Origin: a virus
IMG/VR virus record: IMGVR_UViG_3300031227_000013
Direction: 5' to 3' (one strand)
Length of the DNA: 64,000 nucleotides
Shown here: positions 1 to 8,834 of the stretch, one piece after another
Layout of the letters: every line of letters starts with the position of its first letter
Numbering within the stretch: position 1 is the first letter of the stretch
Program-made: the position numbers and the translations under genes
The notes under the pieces: generated by a model
Database searches by the model: none
What the model was told of the DNA's origin: nothing
What the model saw: the letters and a program-made list of their open reading frames with translations, nothing else

Positions 1-252
1 ACTTCCAGTTCTTTCATACCTTATCCTCCTTAACTGCCACTGTATGTATTTTACATATATACGTCTGTTAAAATTAGATAATAGACACTCATTACATTCG
101 ACCCCGGTACCACAATATTTAATGGTACACCCTATATCACGAGCCCTGTAAATTATATCTCCTACATCTGTATCTTCAAAAACCTCTAGTAGAAAATTAT
201 GTATATCACGGAGGGATCCATCTGTAATTTTACACCCTTGGAACTCGTTCAT
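1..252 (-). CDS. Small Cys-rich 'FQG...CxxCL...WQ' family paralog (runs off the window edge; not in ORF track)
   Basis: Manual translation from ATG at 252: MNEFQGCKITDGSLRDIHNFLL...GCTIKYCGTGVECNECLLSNFNRRIYVKYIQWQLRRIRYERTGS, clearly paralogous to the four downstream ORFs. Confidence 0.85.
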   Translation of the reverse strand, partial: MNEFQGCKITDGSLRDIHNFLLEVFEDTDVGDIIYRARDIGCTIKYCGTGVECNECLLSNFNRRIYVKYIQWQLRRIRYERTGS

Positions 253-472
253 AGTATATCCTCCTTTTCTGCCAGAGCATCCACTTTGTTAACTTACGTC
301 TATTTCGTACATTAAATAAACAGTCTGCGCATGGAATGCAGTTGGGACAGTTCCTTATTGTACAGACCGTATGAACTAAGGACATTACCCCTTGGATACG
401 ACCCTCTGATAAACTAAGGATAGCCTGCTTATAAGCTGGTTCAGATATCGCACATCCCTGAAACTCATTCAT
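230..472 (-). CDS. Small Cys-rich FQG-family protein
   Basis: MNEFQG start, CxxNCxxCxxCxxCL, W-x2-WQ-x-RR end; overlapping start/stop junctions with neighbours. Confidence 0.85.
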   Translation of the reverse strand: MNEFQGCAISEPAYKQAILSLSEGRIQGVMSLVHTVCTIRNCPNCIPCADCLFNVRNRRKLTKWMLWQKRRIYYERVPRV

Positions 473-707
473 ACCTTATCCTCCTTAATTGCCACTGTAT
501 GTATTTTTTTAGAACAGATTTATTGGGTGTAAAAAATAGACATTTCGAACAGGCACAGCCCGGACAATTTGATGATGTACAGCCCTTATTTGTTATGTTA
601 ACAAAAAAGTAATCATACTGTGAAATGTTATTTATACTTCTTAATAAATAGGAGCGTACATCCTTATAAGCTCCTTTAGATATTTTTAATCCCTGAAACT
701 CATTCAT
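465..707 (-). CDS. Small Cys-rich FQG-family protein
   Basis: MNEFQGLKISKGAY...GCTSSNCPGCACSKCLFF...QWQLRRIRYE. Confidence 0.85.
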   Translation of the reverse strand: MNEFQGLKISKGAYKDVRSYLLRSINNISQYDYFFVNITNKGCTSSNCPGCACSKCLFFTPNKSVLKKYIQWQLRRIRYE

Positions 708-939
708 TCTTTATCCTCCTCATCTGCCATTGAATCCACTTCTTAAATATATGTATATGATATGTATCGAGTAAACAACCTTTACAATTACTAGCGATAC
801 ACGAATTCTGGATACATCCTACCCCCCTAAAATATTCAAGAGCTTCTTCTGATATATTACTAATATCTCTATGATTAATTGCTTCCAATATTCTCTTAAA
901 ACTACATTCACTTATTATTAGTCCCTGAAACTCACTCAT
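700..939 (-). CDS. Small Cys-rich FQG-family protein
   Basis: MSEFQGL...GCIQNSCIASNCKGCLL...WIQWQMRRIKNE. Confidence 0.85.
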   Translation of the reverse strand: MSEFQGLIISECSFKRILEAINHRDISNISEEALEYFRGVGCIQNSCIASNCKGCLLDTYHIHIFKKWIQWQMRRIKNE

Positions 940-1174
940 TCTTTATCCTCCTTATCTGCCACGCTATCCATTTTTTTAAAGCGGAATCATTACTTACAAA
1001 AAATAGACATTCAGAACAGGGACAACCTGGGCAATTTGGTAGTGTACAGCCCATCCTTGATAATGTAGCTGAAATGAATGTGTCCTTTGAAGCGTGATTC
1101 ATATGTTCTGATAAATAGGAGCTTACATCTTCATAAGCTCCTTTAGATATTATTAGTCCCTGAAACTCACTCAT
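932..1174 (-). CDS. Small Cys-rich FQG-family protein
   Basis: MSEFQGLIISKGAY...GCTLPNCPGCPCSECLFF...WIAWQIRRIKNE; closest to 465..707. Confidence 0.85.
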   Translation of the reverse strand: MSEFQGLIISKGAYEDVSSYLSEHMNHASKDTFISATLSRMGCTLPNCPGCPCSECLFFVSNDSALKKWIAWQIRRIKNE

Positions 1175-2207
1175 TATGTTTCAGCAGATATTTGTTATTG
1201 ATAACTTTAAAAGAAATAATATGTCCGTCTACCGGAAGCAATGCTTTGAATACAACTCCTTCGGGAGACGTCCCATTGTATCCTTTAACAGATGTCACCC
1301 ATGCATGCAGTTCATCAAACGCTTCGAAACGATCAAATACATACTCATCATCTATTATAGGTACATGCTGTATCTCTTCACCAGGCATCTGATTAAGTTT
1401 ATCCATTATCTCCAGACGCTCCTGCTTACATAGATAAGCATACTTGTCTATGTCAAAGATATCATATACAAACATATTATGTCCCTTAAGTTTACATCGG
1501 TTACTCTGTATTCCTTCTCCGCAGAGTTCCGCCTGTACCATAAGGTTCCTGTTAAGCTTACACATCCGTTCTTCCATATCCAGTCTACGTGCTACTTCCC
1601 AGAATGTGTTACCTTCTGTTTCTTTAAGCTCACGAGTACGGGAACATACTCCGAACTCACCATCCCTGCAATATAGAGAAAGACTCGACCCGTCCATCTT
1701 TAGTGTGCGCTCCCAGCCCACTCCTTTCATAGTATCAAAATACTCCAAAAAATTCTGAATACGAGGTTGCTCAGAGTTATGTAACCAGCTCGGAAAACTT
1801 CCTTTTACTTCTCCGGATAACTGTGCTGATAAAGGTGGCTCATATAACTTAACCCCTAGAAGTTCCGTCGCATCAAATCCCACACCATATCCACGCAATT
1901 CCTCAAAATCCTCCAGAGGAAGTAATAACCCCTGTGAGATTTGTTTACGGAGAGCTATGGTTCTTAGTCTGAACCCACCTACCCCATTCATTTCTCTGTA
2001 ACAGCCCTTCCTTAAAAATTCATATCGGGGCTCTTCAGGCAAAAAAGAATCAATTTCCATAAACACTCCATATTCAGAAGCTTTAAGATCTCCCTTCTTA
2101 ATAACACACTGCCATGCTTTACCCTTAAGCGTAGCCATTTCAATAAAATCAGCCCCCGCGATAGGCTTTACTTCTTCGACCTGTACAATACTAGCTAGTG
2201 TCCTCAT
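1167..2207 (-). CDS. ATP-dependent RNA ligase (DRB0094/Rnl2-like)
   Basis: N-terminal 'LASIVQVEEVKPIAGADFIE' typical of DRB0094-type ligases; motif I KMDGSS, motif III QAELCG, YDIFD, motif IV EGVVFK, motif V FKVINNKYL. Confidence 0.9.
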   Translation of the reverse strand: MRTLASIVQVEEVKPIAGADFIEMATLKGKAWQCVIKKGDLKASEYGVFMEIDSFLPEEPRYEFLRKGCYREMNGVGGFRLRTIALRKQISQGLLLPLEDFEELRGYGVGFDATELLGVKLYEPPLSAQLSGEVKGSFPSWLHNSEQPRIQNFLEYFDTMKGVGWERTLKMDGSSLSLYCRDGEFGVCSRTRELKETEGNTFWEVARRLDMEERMCKLNRNLMVQAELCGEGIQSNRCKLKGHNMFVYDIFDIDKYAYLCKQERLEIMDKLNQMPGEEIQHVPIIDDEYVFDRFEAFDELHAWVTSVKGYNGTSPEGVVFKALLPVDGHIISFKVINNKYLLKHNE

Positions 2208-2229
2208 AATATTCCTTTATAGTTAAATT

Positions 2230-2255
2230 AAAAAAAGAGGAGTAAACTCCTCTTT
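2230..2255 (-). terminator. Intrinsic terminator
   Basis: AAAGAGGAG-TAAA-CTCCTCTTT hairpin followed by a U-tract on the minus strand. Confidence 0.75.
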
Positions 2256-2300
2256 AATGTTGTATAAGCCTCTAATTAGATTAAGAGGCTGATTTTACTG

Positions 2301-2534
2301 TTAGGCCTGTTCTGCAGGTTTAGAAAACCAAGATTTTACAATCCCGACACCACTGAATACACAGAAAACAACCCCTACGAGGGCGTAGACGCTCAAAATT
2401 ACCACTTCGAGTATAGCTTTTGTCTTCATCATAGTACTTCCCCTGTTCGTATATTTCACATATTCCTTTTCCGGATGAAAAAGAACACACGAGATATACT
2501 TTATCTCTAATATATAGTGACAAAAAAAGGGCAA
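2301..2534 (-). CDS. Small membrane protein (true start probably the internal MMKTKA)
   Basis: Single hydrophobic helix VVILSVYALVGVVFCVFSGVGIV. Confidence 0.5.
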   Translation of the reverse strand: MPFFCHYILEIKYISCVLFHPEKEYVKYTNRGSTMMKTKAILEVVILSVYALVGVVFCVFSGVGIVKSWFSKPAEQA

Positions 2535-2544
2535 AAATTAAGCA
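2514..2544 (-). promoter_or_regulatory. Recurrent promoter-like motif, copy 1
   Basis: TGCTTA-N19-CACTAT with a T7 tract, just downstream of a terminator hairpin (about 2545-2580). Confidence 0.6.
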
Positions 2545-2629
2545 AAAAAAACTCTCTCCCTGGAGGACAAGGAGAGAGAAACAACAAAGGAAAGTAACAA
2601 TTAAGTTACCTCGTTCTTATCATAATGTG

Positions 2630-3733
2630 TTACTGTGCATTAGCAAACCTCTGACTATATGGAAGTCTGTTCGGGTCTGTAAACTGTATTTGATCTTTAG
2701 GTATCAGATTCTGTACACCTGTAGGCCACGAAGCGTTACCCCATCCTCCCTGTGTTTGATCTACATTAGACATACGTGGGCCTATCCCTGTCATGGAACC
2801 TTGGGGCTGGAAAGGAGGCTTAGGAGGTATGAAAATATTATTTGTGGATGCCTGAGGGAACATCGGATTAGGTCTATTCATCATTCCACCCATACCGAAG
2901 CTGGAAGCTGTAGGTGTCTGCCAGTCACCGTGCCCCTGTAGTGCCCCATATAGCTGAGAAGAGGACATCGCAGGAGAAGCTTTATCTAAAGCCTCACTCC
3001 TATTATGCATATACCCTGCATAAGCTCTGTCTTCAGGTCTCGGGTACATTCTATTTGCCCGTGTAGGATTAGACTGATTCATAGCATAATTACGGACATG
3101 TCCTTTAGCTATTAGTTGTCTCTGCTTTGCCCAGGCATCCTGCATCTGTTTATATTTATCCTGCTCCTGTGTTTGTTTAAGTTGGGTCTTATCGAGCTGC
3201 GCCTGTCCCATCCCTGTGCCTATACCTGCGTCATTAGTAGGACGCATTTTTGCGATATCTTCTTTTATTTTAGATTCATTACTACTATATTCAGGAGCAG
3301 TGGGAGACTCCTGTTTATCTCTTAAGCCAGAATGAGATTGATCCATAGAACCCAGACCGGGAGTGTCTTTCTGCCAAGGATTAACCAGCCCGTATGCGGC
3401 TTTGGATGGGTCCTTAGGTGGTTTTTTACGTTTATTTACAGTTACAGGATTAGGGCTTGTATCTTTAACAGGATCTGTACGAGGGCTATATCTTTCAGGT
3501 TTATCACCTACAAAAGACTGAACATTGTGTTTAGATGAAGGGGTGCCTCCTGTAGAAGTAGTACGTCTACCTTCCGTCTGTATACCCGGACGACTGTATC
3601 TACTTCCTCTAAGGTGTCTGGATATATTACTTCTAGAGGGCTTAACTCTTTTTGTTGTTCTTGCTCCGCTGTTAAAACTACTTAAAGATTTACCCAAAGC
3701 TGTCTTTTCTAAATATTTTAATAAATAACTCAT
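2630..3733 (-). CDS. Low-complexity (Q/N/G/M/P-rich) protein, probable internal virion protein
   Basis: 367-aa ORF; N-terminal LEKTA motif; largely disordered composition. Confidence 0.6.
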   Translation of the reverse strand: MSYLLKYLEKTALGKSLSSFNSGARTTKRVKPSRSNISRHLRGSRYSRPGIQTEGRRTTSTGGTPSSKHNVQSFVGDKPERYSPRTDPVKDTSPNPVTVNKRKKPPKDPSKAAYGLVNPWQKDTPGLGSMDQSHSGLRDKQESPTAPEYSSNESKIKEDIAKMRPTNDAGIGTGMGQAQLDKTQLKQTQEQDKYKQMQDAWAKQRQLIAKGHVRNYAMNQSNPTRANRMYPRPEDRAYAGYMHNRSEALDKASPAMSSSQLYGALQGHGDWQTPTASSFGMGGMMNRPNPMFPQASTNNIFIPPKPPFQPQGSMTGIGPRMSNVDQTQGGWGNASWPTGVQNLIPKDQIQFTDPNRLPYSQRFANAQ

Positions 3734-3741
3734 TTTATCTC

Positions 3742-4767
3742 CTATATAACTCTACTAGCTTTTCTAGCGGACCAAAGTGCTTGTTTATATTTATTCTGAC
3801 TATTAAAATCAATATCCTGTACTCTATCGGAATATCTTTTCCCTAATGTTTTACCTGCTACTCCAAATTCAAGGGCTATTATAGGGGCTACATATTTCAA
3901 TTTATCCATTTCAGTAACTGTTTTTCCATATTTGCTTTTTATACCCTTCTGTACAATTTTATTAACTTTAGCTAAAGATTTACCCGGAGCCACCCAGGCT
4001 GCTCCCATAGCCGGGGCCATATTTACAGTATTAAAAAGATCAGCCGCTTTTCTACCAGTCTCACCTACTGTGGCATCCAGACCTCCCTTAACATTTTTGT
4101 AAATCGGAGCTACCTTACCTATTGTGTTTTTATATAGGGGCCTACTTTGCCTAGCTAACTGTGCTGTATGGGCCTTGTTACTGCTTTCTATTGTCTTTAA
4201 TAAAGATTTAGCTACTCTATTACTTTTACCGGTAGTAAACTTAATAGCTTCCCCTGCTGCTATAACAGCTTCGTTACCCTTCTGAAGACCTGCTAAATCC
4301 GTCATGTATTTAGCATAGTCATCCATCTTACCAGACTTCTTAGCAATAACTGCCATCTCCTTAAGCTTGGGTATTCTAGCTGCCAGGATACCTTTTCTCA
4401 ACTTAGTTGCCCTTCTAAGAATAGGCACTGCCTGTGCGACTTTACCTGCCTTTAGTAATCTGGAAGCATGTGCTGCTAATTTAGTAGCTTTACCCAGAGA
4501 CTTAAGTGCCCAGCCCGACCCAGTGGCTGTACCTACTAGATCTATAGCCGTCCAGCCCACATCTCTCCAAGCTTGTTTACTATTACCCTGAGAGAAATTA
4601 CGAATAGCTGACTTACCACTTTTATATGCGTCGTACGCACTCCAGAGCATCATTGCGGTAAATGCGGCAGCTGTCGCTGAAGCTATTATAGCTTCTTTAT
4701 CTATAGAGGCTTCTTTATCTATACCTTCGGAAAGAGTAGTATATAAATATGTTTTTTGAGTAGGCAT
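3742..4767 (-). CDS. Ala/Lys/Gly-rich protein with hydrophobic helices, probable internal virion/ejection protein
   Basis: Duplicated IDKEA motif followed by hydrophobic IIASATAAAFTAMMLW. Confidence 0.6.
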   Translation of the reverse strand: MPTQKTYLYTTLSEGIDKEASIDKEAIIASATAAAFTAMMLWSAYDAYKSGKSAIRNFSQGNSKQAWRDVGWTAIDLVGTATGSGWALKSLGKATKLAAHASRLLKAGKVAQAVPILRRATKLRKGILAARIPKLKEMAVIAKKSGKMDDYAKYMTDLAGLQKGNEAVIAAGEAIKFTTGKSNRVAKSLLKTIESSNKAHTAQLARQSRPLYKNTIGKVAPIYKNVKGGLDATVGETGRKAADLFNTVNMAPAMGAAWVAPGKSLAKVNKIVQKGIKSKYGKTVTEMDKLKYVAPIIALEFGVAGKTLGKRYSDRVQDIDFNSQNKYKQALWSARKASRVI

Positions 4768-4778
4768 TCTGAATATAT

Positions 4779-5339
4779 CTAGGCCACTTGTTTATCAGCT
4801 AAAAGTTTCAAAATTTTATCCTTATTATCTTTATGTGTCAGAGGATTATCTCTCAAAGCTCCATATAAAGAACCAGCTGTTCCTCCTGCCACTCCACCAG
4901 CTACTGCGCCAACACCACCATGTAAAGCCCCACTTAATAAAGCAGCAATGAGCTTAGTTTTTAAATCTTGGTTAGTTAAAGCTTCGTAGTCCCAGCCCTG
5001 TTTAGCGCCATGCCCGAAGCCTAATCCGCCCCCTGCTAATGCGCCTATACCTGCTCCTTTAGCTCCTTCTGTAACTCCTCCTCTTAAAGACCTATATAAA
5101 AGTCCAGGATCTACTAATCTACTCGCACCATAAGCTGCACTTCCAGCAGTATTACCAGCAGCTTTTCCAGCTGACCCAATAACTCCTGCCGCTGTAGAAC
5201 CTACAGAACCTATGTCTGAAGCAATTTGCCTATAAGCATCTCCACGCTCTGATATTTCCTCATCAAAACTTCTAGCTCGTTTTTCCATACGCCATAAAAT
5301 TGCTTCTTTTAATGCTTTAGTACTCATTTTTAACTCCAT
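4779..5339 (-). CDS. Glycine-zipper-rich protein, probable internal virion/membrane-inserting protein
   Basis: EKRA motif; GxxxG runs GAGIGALAGGGLG and GALHGGVGAVAGGVAGGTAG. Confidence 0.6.
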   Translation of the reverse strand: MELKMSTKALKEAILWRMEKRARSFDEEISERGDAYRQIASDIGSVGSTAAGVIGSAGKAAGNTAGSAAYGASRLVDPGLLYRSLRGGVTEGAKGAGIGALAGGGLGFGHGAKQGWDYEALTNQDLKTKLIAALLSGALHGGVGAVAGGVAGGTAGSLYGALRDNPLTHKDNKDKILKLLADKQVA

Positions 5340-5357
5340 TGTTTATTATTTAAAAAG

Positions 5358-5371
5358 TCTACCATGGTAGA
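5358..5371. repeat. 14-bp perfect palindrome TCTACCATGGTAGA, copy 1
   Basis: Identical 14-mer also at 10708, 37305 and 49184. Confidence 0.9.
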
Positions 5372-5447
5372 AAGTGTGGTAGAAAAATTCTATATACTTT
5401 AATATAGCTAAAAAAACAGCTAAATACAATAAAGGAAAGAGCTGTTT

Positions 5448-5663
5448 TTATTTAATAGATTTAGATTCTTTTCTTTTTCTCCAATCCATCCATATATTAT
5501 ACATTTTAAAATTATGGGAAGAGTAAAGACACTCACAACATTCCATTGAATTGCATTTAAGTGATTCATATACATTGCGTATTTCATTACATCTATTTAT
5601 ATATCCCCTACGAATATAATCATCTCTTAGAAAGGGGATATATAAATCCTGGAATGTATCCAT
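5448..5663 (-). CDS. Small Cys-rich FQG-family protein (divergent)
   Basis: MDTFQDLYIP...CNSMECCECLYS...WMDWRKR. Confidence 0.7.
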   Translation of the reverse strand: MDTFQDLYIPFLRDDYIRRGYINRCNEIRNVYESLKCNSMECCECLYSSHNFKMYNIWMDWRKRKESKSIK

Positions 5664-5896
5664 TATCTTTCATCCTTCATAATTTCCTTATATATATCAT
5701 ACCAGACTTTATCTCCCTGAGGAGACGTATCCCACATAAAATAATTCTGAAGAAAACTAGATAAGAAAACCATCTTAGTTTTTAAAAGACCAGTCTCATA
5801 ATTTTCCAACCAGTTACCTTCTTTATAATATCTGTGTTCCCTTAACCATTTTACTAATTCTTTTTTACCATACTTAATTACCTTAACCTTCTTCAT
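5663..5896 (-). CDS. Hypothetical protein
   Basis: 77-aa ORF coupled to its neighbours; Trp-rich FMWDTSPQGDKVWY motif. Confidence 0.7.
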   Translation of the reverse strand: MKKVKVIKYGKKELVKWLREHRYYKEGNWLENYETGLLKTKMVFLSSFLQNYFMWDTSPQGDKVWYDIYKEIMKDER

Positions 5897-6107
5897 TATT
5901 CATCCTTTCCTGCCAGCCCTTCCATTTTTTATACATTTTTGTATTATGTTTTGAATATAAACAATTATCACAATTAACAATAACCACAGATACAGAGCAG
6001 AGAGTGCTGTTAGGTTCTCCAGTACAATATCCGGTACCCCCGAATAATTCTTTATCCCAGACAGGTATAACCAGCCCCTGAAACTTTTCCTCTTTTAATT
6101 TATTCAT
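5883..6107 (-). CDS. Small Cys-rich FQG-family protein (divergent)
   Basis: EKFQGLVIP...CDNCLYS...WKGWQER. Confidence 0.7.
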   Translation of the reverse strand: MNKLKEEKFQGLVIPVWDKELFGGTGYCTGEPNSTLCSVSVVIVNCDNCLYSKHNTKMYKKWKGWQERMNNEEG

Positions 6108-6189
6108 TTAACTCCTTAAAATAAAATTATATTAGCTTGCTTTTCTTACGTACGGATATATATTATACAAACAACAAAAGGAGAACACT

Positions 6190-6717
6190 ATGGACACACC
6201 CATAGGACTGGTACCTCTGGTACTGACAATGAAGAACGGAACAAAGTTAACCGTTAACGAGAGCGAGGAATTACGAATCAATGATTCCGAACCCACCCCC
6301 GAAGAAATTATAGAATTTCTTAAGGACTTCGCCAAGGACAGTGCCTCTTCCGAGCCTGTACAGCCTTCAGAAGAACAGACAAAAGCTATTCAGGATCTGA
6401 TATGCTCAGAGAAAGAGATGGCTGATAAATATGATGTGCCTTCGTATGCATATGCGGAAGACCCTTTTATCATAGTACATCCTAAAGGCTACGCTTCCTT
6501 TACTATCCGCGCATCCAGAATACAGGAGCTTAACGGGTCTTACAGTGATGTACCTGCTAGAATATGGGTACAGGATCTGCATAAGAAGAAAGAAAGTGCC
6601 ATACTAGTTATTGAAGATGACGAACACGCCCGTATAGTTAAATTACTTACAGGTTTTATATCTGTCGTAGACGTTAAACCTCTTGACTTTATTCCTAAAG
6701 AAATAGTAACTGCCTAG
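6190..6717 (+). CDS. Hypothetical protein (lone plus-strand gene)
   Basis: Shine-Dalgarno AGGAG before ATG; followed by a terminator. Confidence 0.75.
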   Translation: MDTPIGLVPLVLTMKNGTKLTVNESEELRINDSEPTPEEIIEFLKDFAKDSASSEPVQPSEEQTKAIQDLICSEKEMADKYDVPSYAYAEDPFIIVHPKGYASFTIRASRIQELNGSYSDVPARIWVQDLHKKKESAILVIEDDEHARIVKLLTGFISVVDVKPLDFIPKEIVTA

Positions 6718-6723
6718 TAGTTT

Positions 6724-6753
6724 AAAAGAGGGGGCATGTCCCCCTCTTTTTTT
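6724..6753. terminator. Bidirectional intrinsic terminator
   Basis: AAAAGAGGGGG-CATGT-CCCCCTCTTTT between convergent genes. Confidence 0.8.
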
Positions 6754-6906
6754 ATTTCTCTAATAACTCTTTCGGAATCTCCGCCGTCAAGTCCCCCTCT
6801 TCAACACTTTTCTCAGCCCTTCTCAACGCATTCATCAGCATCCGCTGATCACGCATCTCAGACTCAATAATACGATCTATTATTTCCCGCTCACTCATAT
6901 TTCTCC

Positions 6907-7326
6907 TTATGTAACAGCTATATCGTTATCGTTAAAATGTCTGTCCTGCTTAAGATAGTCCTCCATAACATAGTTAGGACAATCATCCACCACATCCGTT
7001 ATGTCAAGTTTATTATTATTGAACTCCTGATTGTATATCAAAACAGCTTTCATAAGTATAAAACAATCAGAGGGATTTATAATAAATCCATATTTATGCT
7101 CAAGTTCACTCTCACTCTTAGCTACGTATATTGTCATACAATTGTAATCATCATACGATATATATTCATCCGGATCATGTTCCCATACAAAATTAACAGT
7201 CCGTGTCCCTATATCTATACGTCTACGCGGGAAATCTCTAAACCTGTTCTGTCTGGAAGTATATATTGTACAGTTATTCTTACTCCACTTCTCAAAAGAT
7301 ATATGATAGTAGTTTTTAAGCTTCAC
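6907..7326 (-). CDS. Hypothetical protein, NNK-x-x-x-DV family
   Basis: Y(H)ISF N-terminus and YNQEFNNNKLDITDV C-terminal motif shared with 8466..8834 and 8831..9241. Confidence 0.75.
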   Translation of the reverse strand: MKLKNYYHISFEKWSKNNCTIYTSRQNRFRDFPRRRIDIGTRTVNFVWEHDPDEYISYDDYNCMTIYVAKSESELEHKYGFIINPSDCFILMKAVLIYNQEFNNNKLDITDVVDDCPNYVMEDYLKQDRHFNDNDIAVT

Positions 7327-7378
7327 TCAGTTTTTCTCCTCATAATTAAAGGAAGGGGGAATTTATCCCCCCTTCCTT

Positions 7379-7687
7379 TTACAACTCCTGCATAATAGTA
7401 ACCAGAGCCTCTTCTTCTTCCTTTAAAATAAGTGCCTGATGTTTGATATTCATAACATCTTTTATCTGAGAAGCAAGATTCCCTCTAAGTTCAAGGGTGG
7501 AATGTCCTTTACAGTGTATACTTAAATGACTATTCCAATTTCCTCCGATAATCTTAATAGTAACTTTTCCACAGGAAGCTCTGTTCCCACCATATCCCCA
7601 CTGTTTATATTCCATGGAGTCCAATATCTGCTTTGTTAATATTTTCTTTTGTTCATCTGTCATAATTCCATTCGCTCCTTTAACCAT
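7379..7687 (-). CDS. Hypothetical protein
   Basis: About 100-aa ORF in the gene array. Confidence 0.6.
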   Translation of the reverse strand: MVKGANGIMTDEQKKILTKQILDSMEYKQWGYGGNRASCGKVTIKIIGGNWNSHLSIHCKGHSTLELRGNLASQIKDVMNIKHQALILKEEEEALVTIMQEL

Positions 7688-8432
7688 TTAGGTATTTTGA
7701 TTATTTTATTTTCTTCGTCGAGAACACAGGGAGACTTAGGGAACCATTTCTTCCCGCAGAATCCAGTCTCGATATACCACGCTTTAGTCGTGGCTGATAC
7801 TATCTGTTGATAAGCTACCTTTACCGGAGTACGATAATTATCCGCGTCTTTATCCGATAACTGCTCTATCTTCTTAGTAACACACTCCTCAGCGAGTTCT
7901 TCCCAGGACACTGGTCTGTACCCGTGAACATCTGTTCCGACGTTCAGAGCCATCCCGGGGTGTCTAAACGGGCTGTTGTGTGTATGTCCATGGAAATGCC
8001 AGCCACCTCTGTTACTACCGCGCCAGCTATACATGGGGTAATGACACAATGCTACTCCCTGTCCTTTTACATTGATGTCCTTTATACCGGCATATACCTC
8101 TGTAAATGAGCTATACACATCCTGAGACATCTTATCATGGTTACCCAGAATAAGAATCTTCTTACCATTCACAGCCTGTATAAAACGGGAATGATTCTTC
8201 CAGGCAAAATCGCCCAGAATATATACCATATCTTTCCTACCTACAACATCATTCCAATTATCTACCAATGCTGCGTCCATCTCGTTTGTACGCCTTTCTT
8301 TAATCTCATCACTTGCCCACCAGCCCTTCCCGTCTACATCGCCTTCCTGCAGCCATGGTCTATGACAGTGGATAAGTATACTTGGATGTGAGAAATGCGT
8401 TACGTGTCCGACGTAAAATAGATATCGGACAT
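7660..8432 (-). pseudogene. Calcineurin-like metallophosphoesterase with an apparent 5-nt frameshifting insertion in motif I
   Basis: Motifs GDF, GNHD, CHYP and GHTH lie in the long frame. The canonical N-terminus MSDIYFTSDT is in another frame (ATG 8432, good SD) and hits TAA at 8402-8400 just before HFSH. Confidence 0.65.
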
Positions 8433-8465
8433 ATGGCATCACCCCCTTTTCTTATGTTTGTCTGG

Positions 8466-8834
8466 TTACCGCCTTAATGAAAAATCATTGTCCCAGACAT
8501 CAGTCATTTTTAATTTATTATTAGAATAATAATTATTAAACTCGAATACAACTTTCTTTATATATTTAAAATCTTTCTCTTTTATTATCATAAGTTTATC
8601 ACCCCTTGTTAATTGCTCGTCTGCTAACATAGGAATAACTAATTTATATTCATTAGGGGCCTTTCTAATATGTAATTTACTCTCTACCGATCCCATTATG
8701 ATTATAGTCTTCCCACATATCTCCCATATAAAAGGATTGGGATGCAACGGTGAATTAAGTGGATATGTCCGTTCGTCCAGACGCACTATAACTCCGTCAG
8801 GTATCTTTTTATAAGACATGTATATGTAATTCAT
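8466..8834 (-). CDS. Hypothetical protein, NNK-x-x-x-DV family
   Basis: MNYIYMSY...G-V-x-VR-x-DE; FNNYYSNNKLKMTDVWDND. Confidence 0.75.
   Translation of the reverse strand: MNYIYMSYKKIPDGVIVRLDERTYPLNSPLHPNPFIWEICGKTIIIMGSVESKLHIRKAPNEYKLVIPMLADEQLTRGDKLMIIKEKDFKYIKKVVFEFNNYYSNNKLKMTDVWDNDFSLRR

Noticed and set aside
5400-5430. Possible eighth copy of the promoter motif upstream of the virion-like genes
   Set aside because: Has the T7 tract but neither box matches at the 19-nt spacing; may be a different (late) promoter
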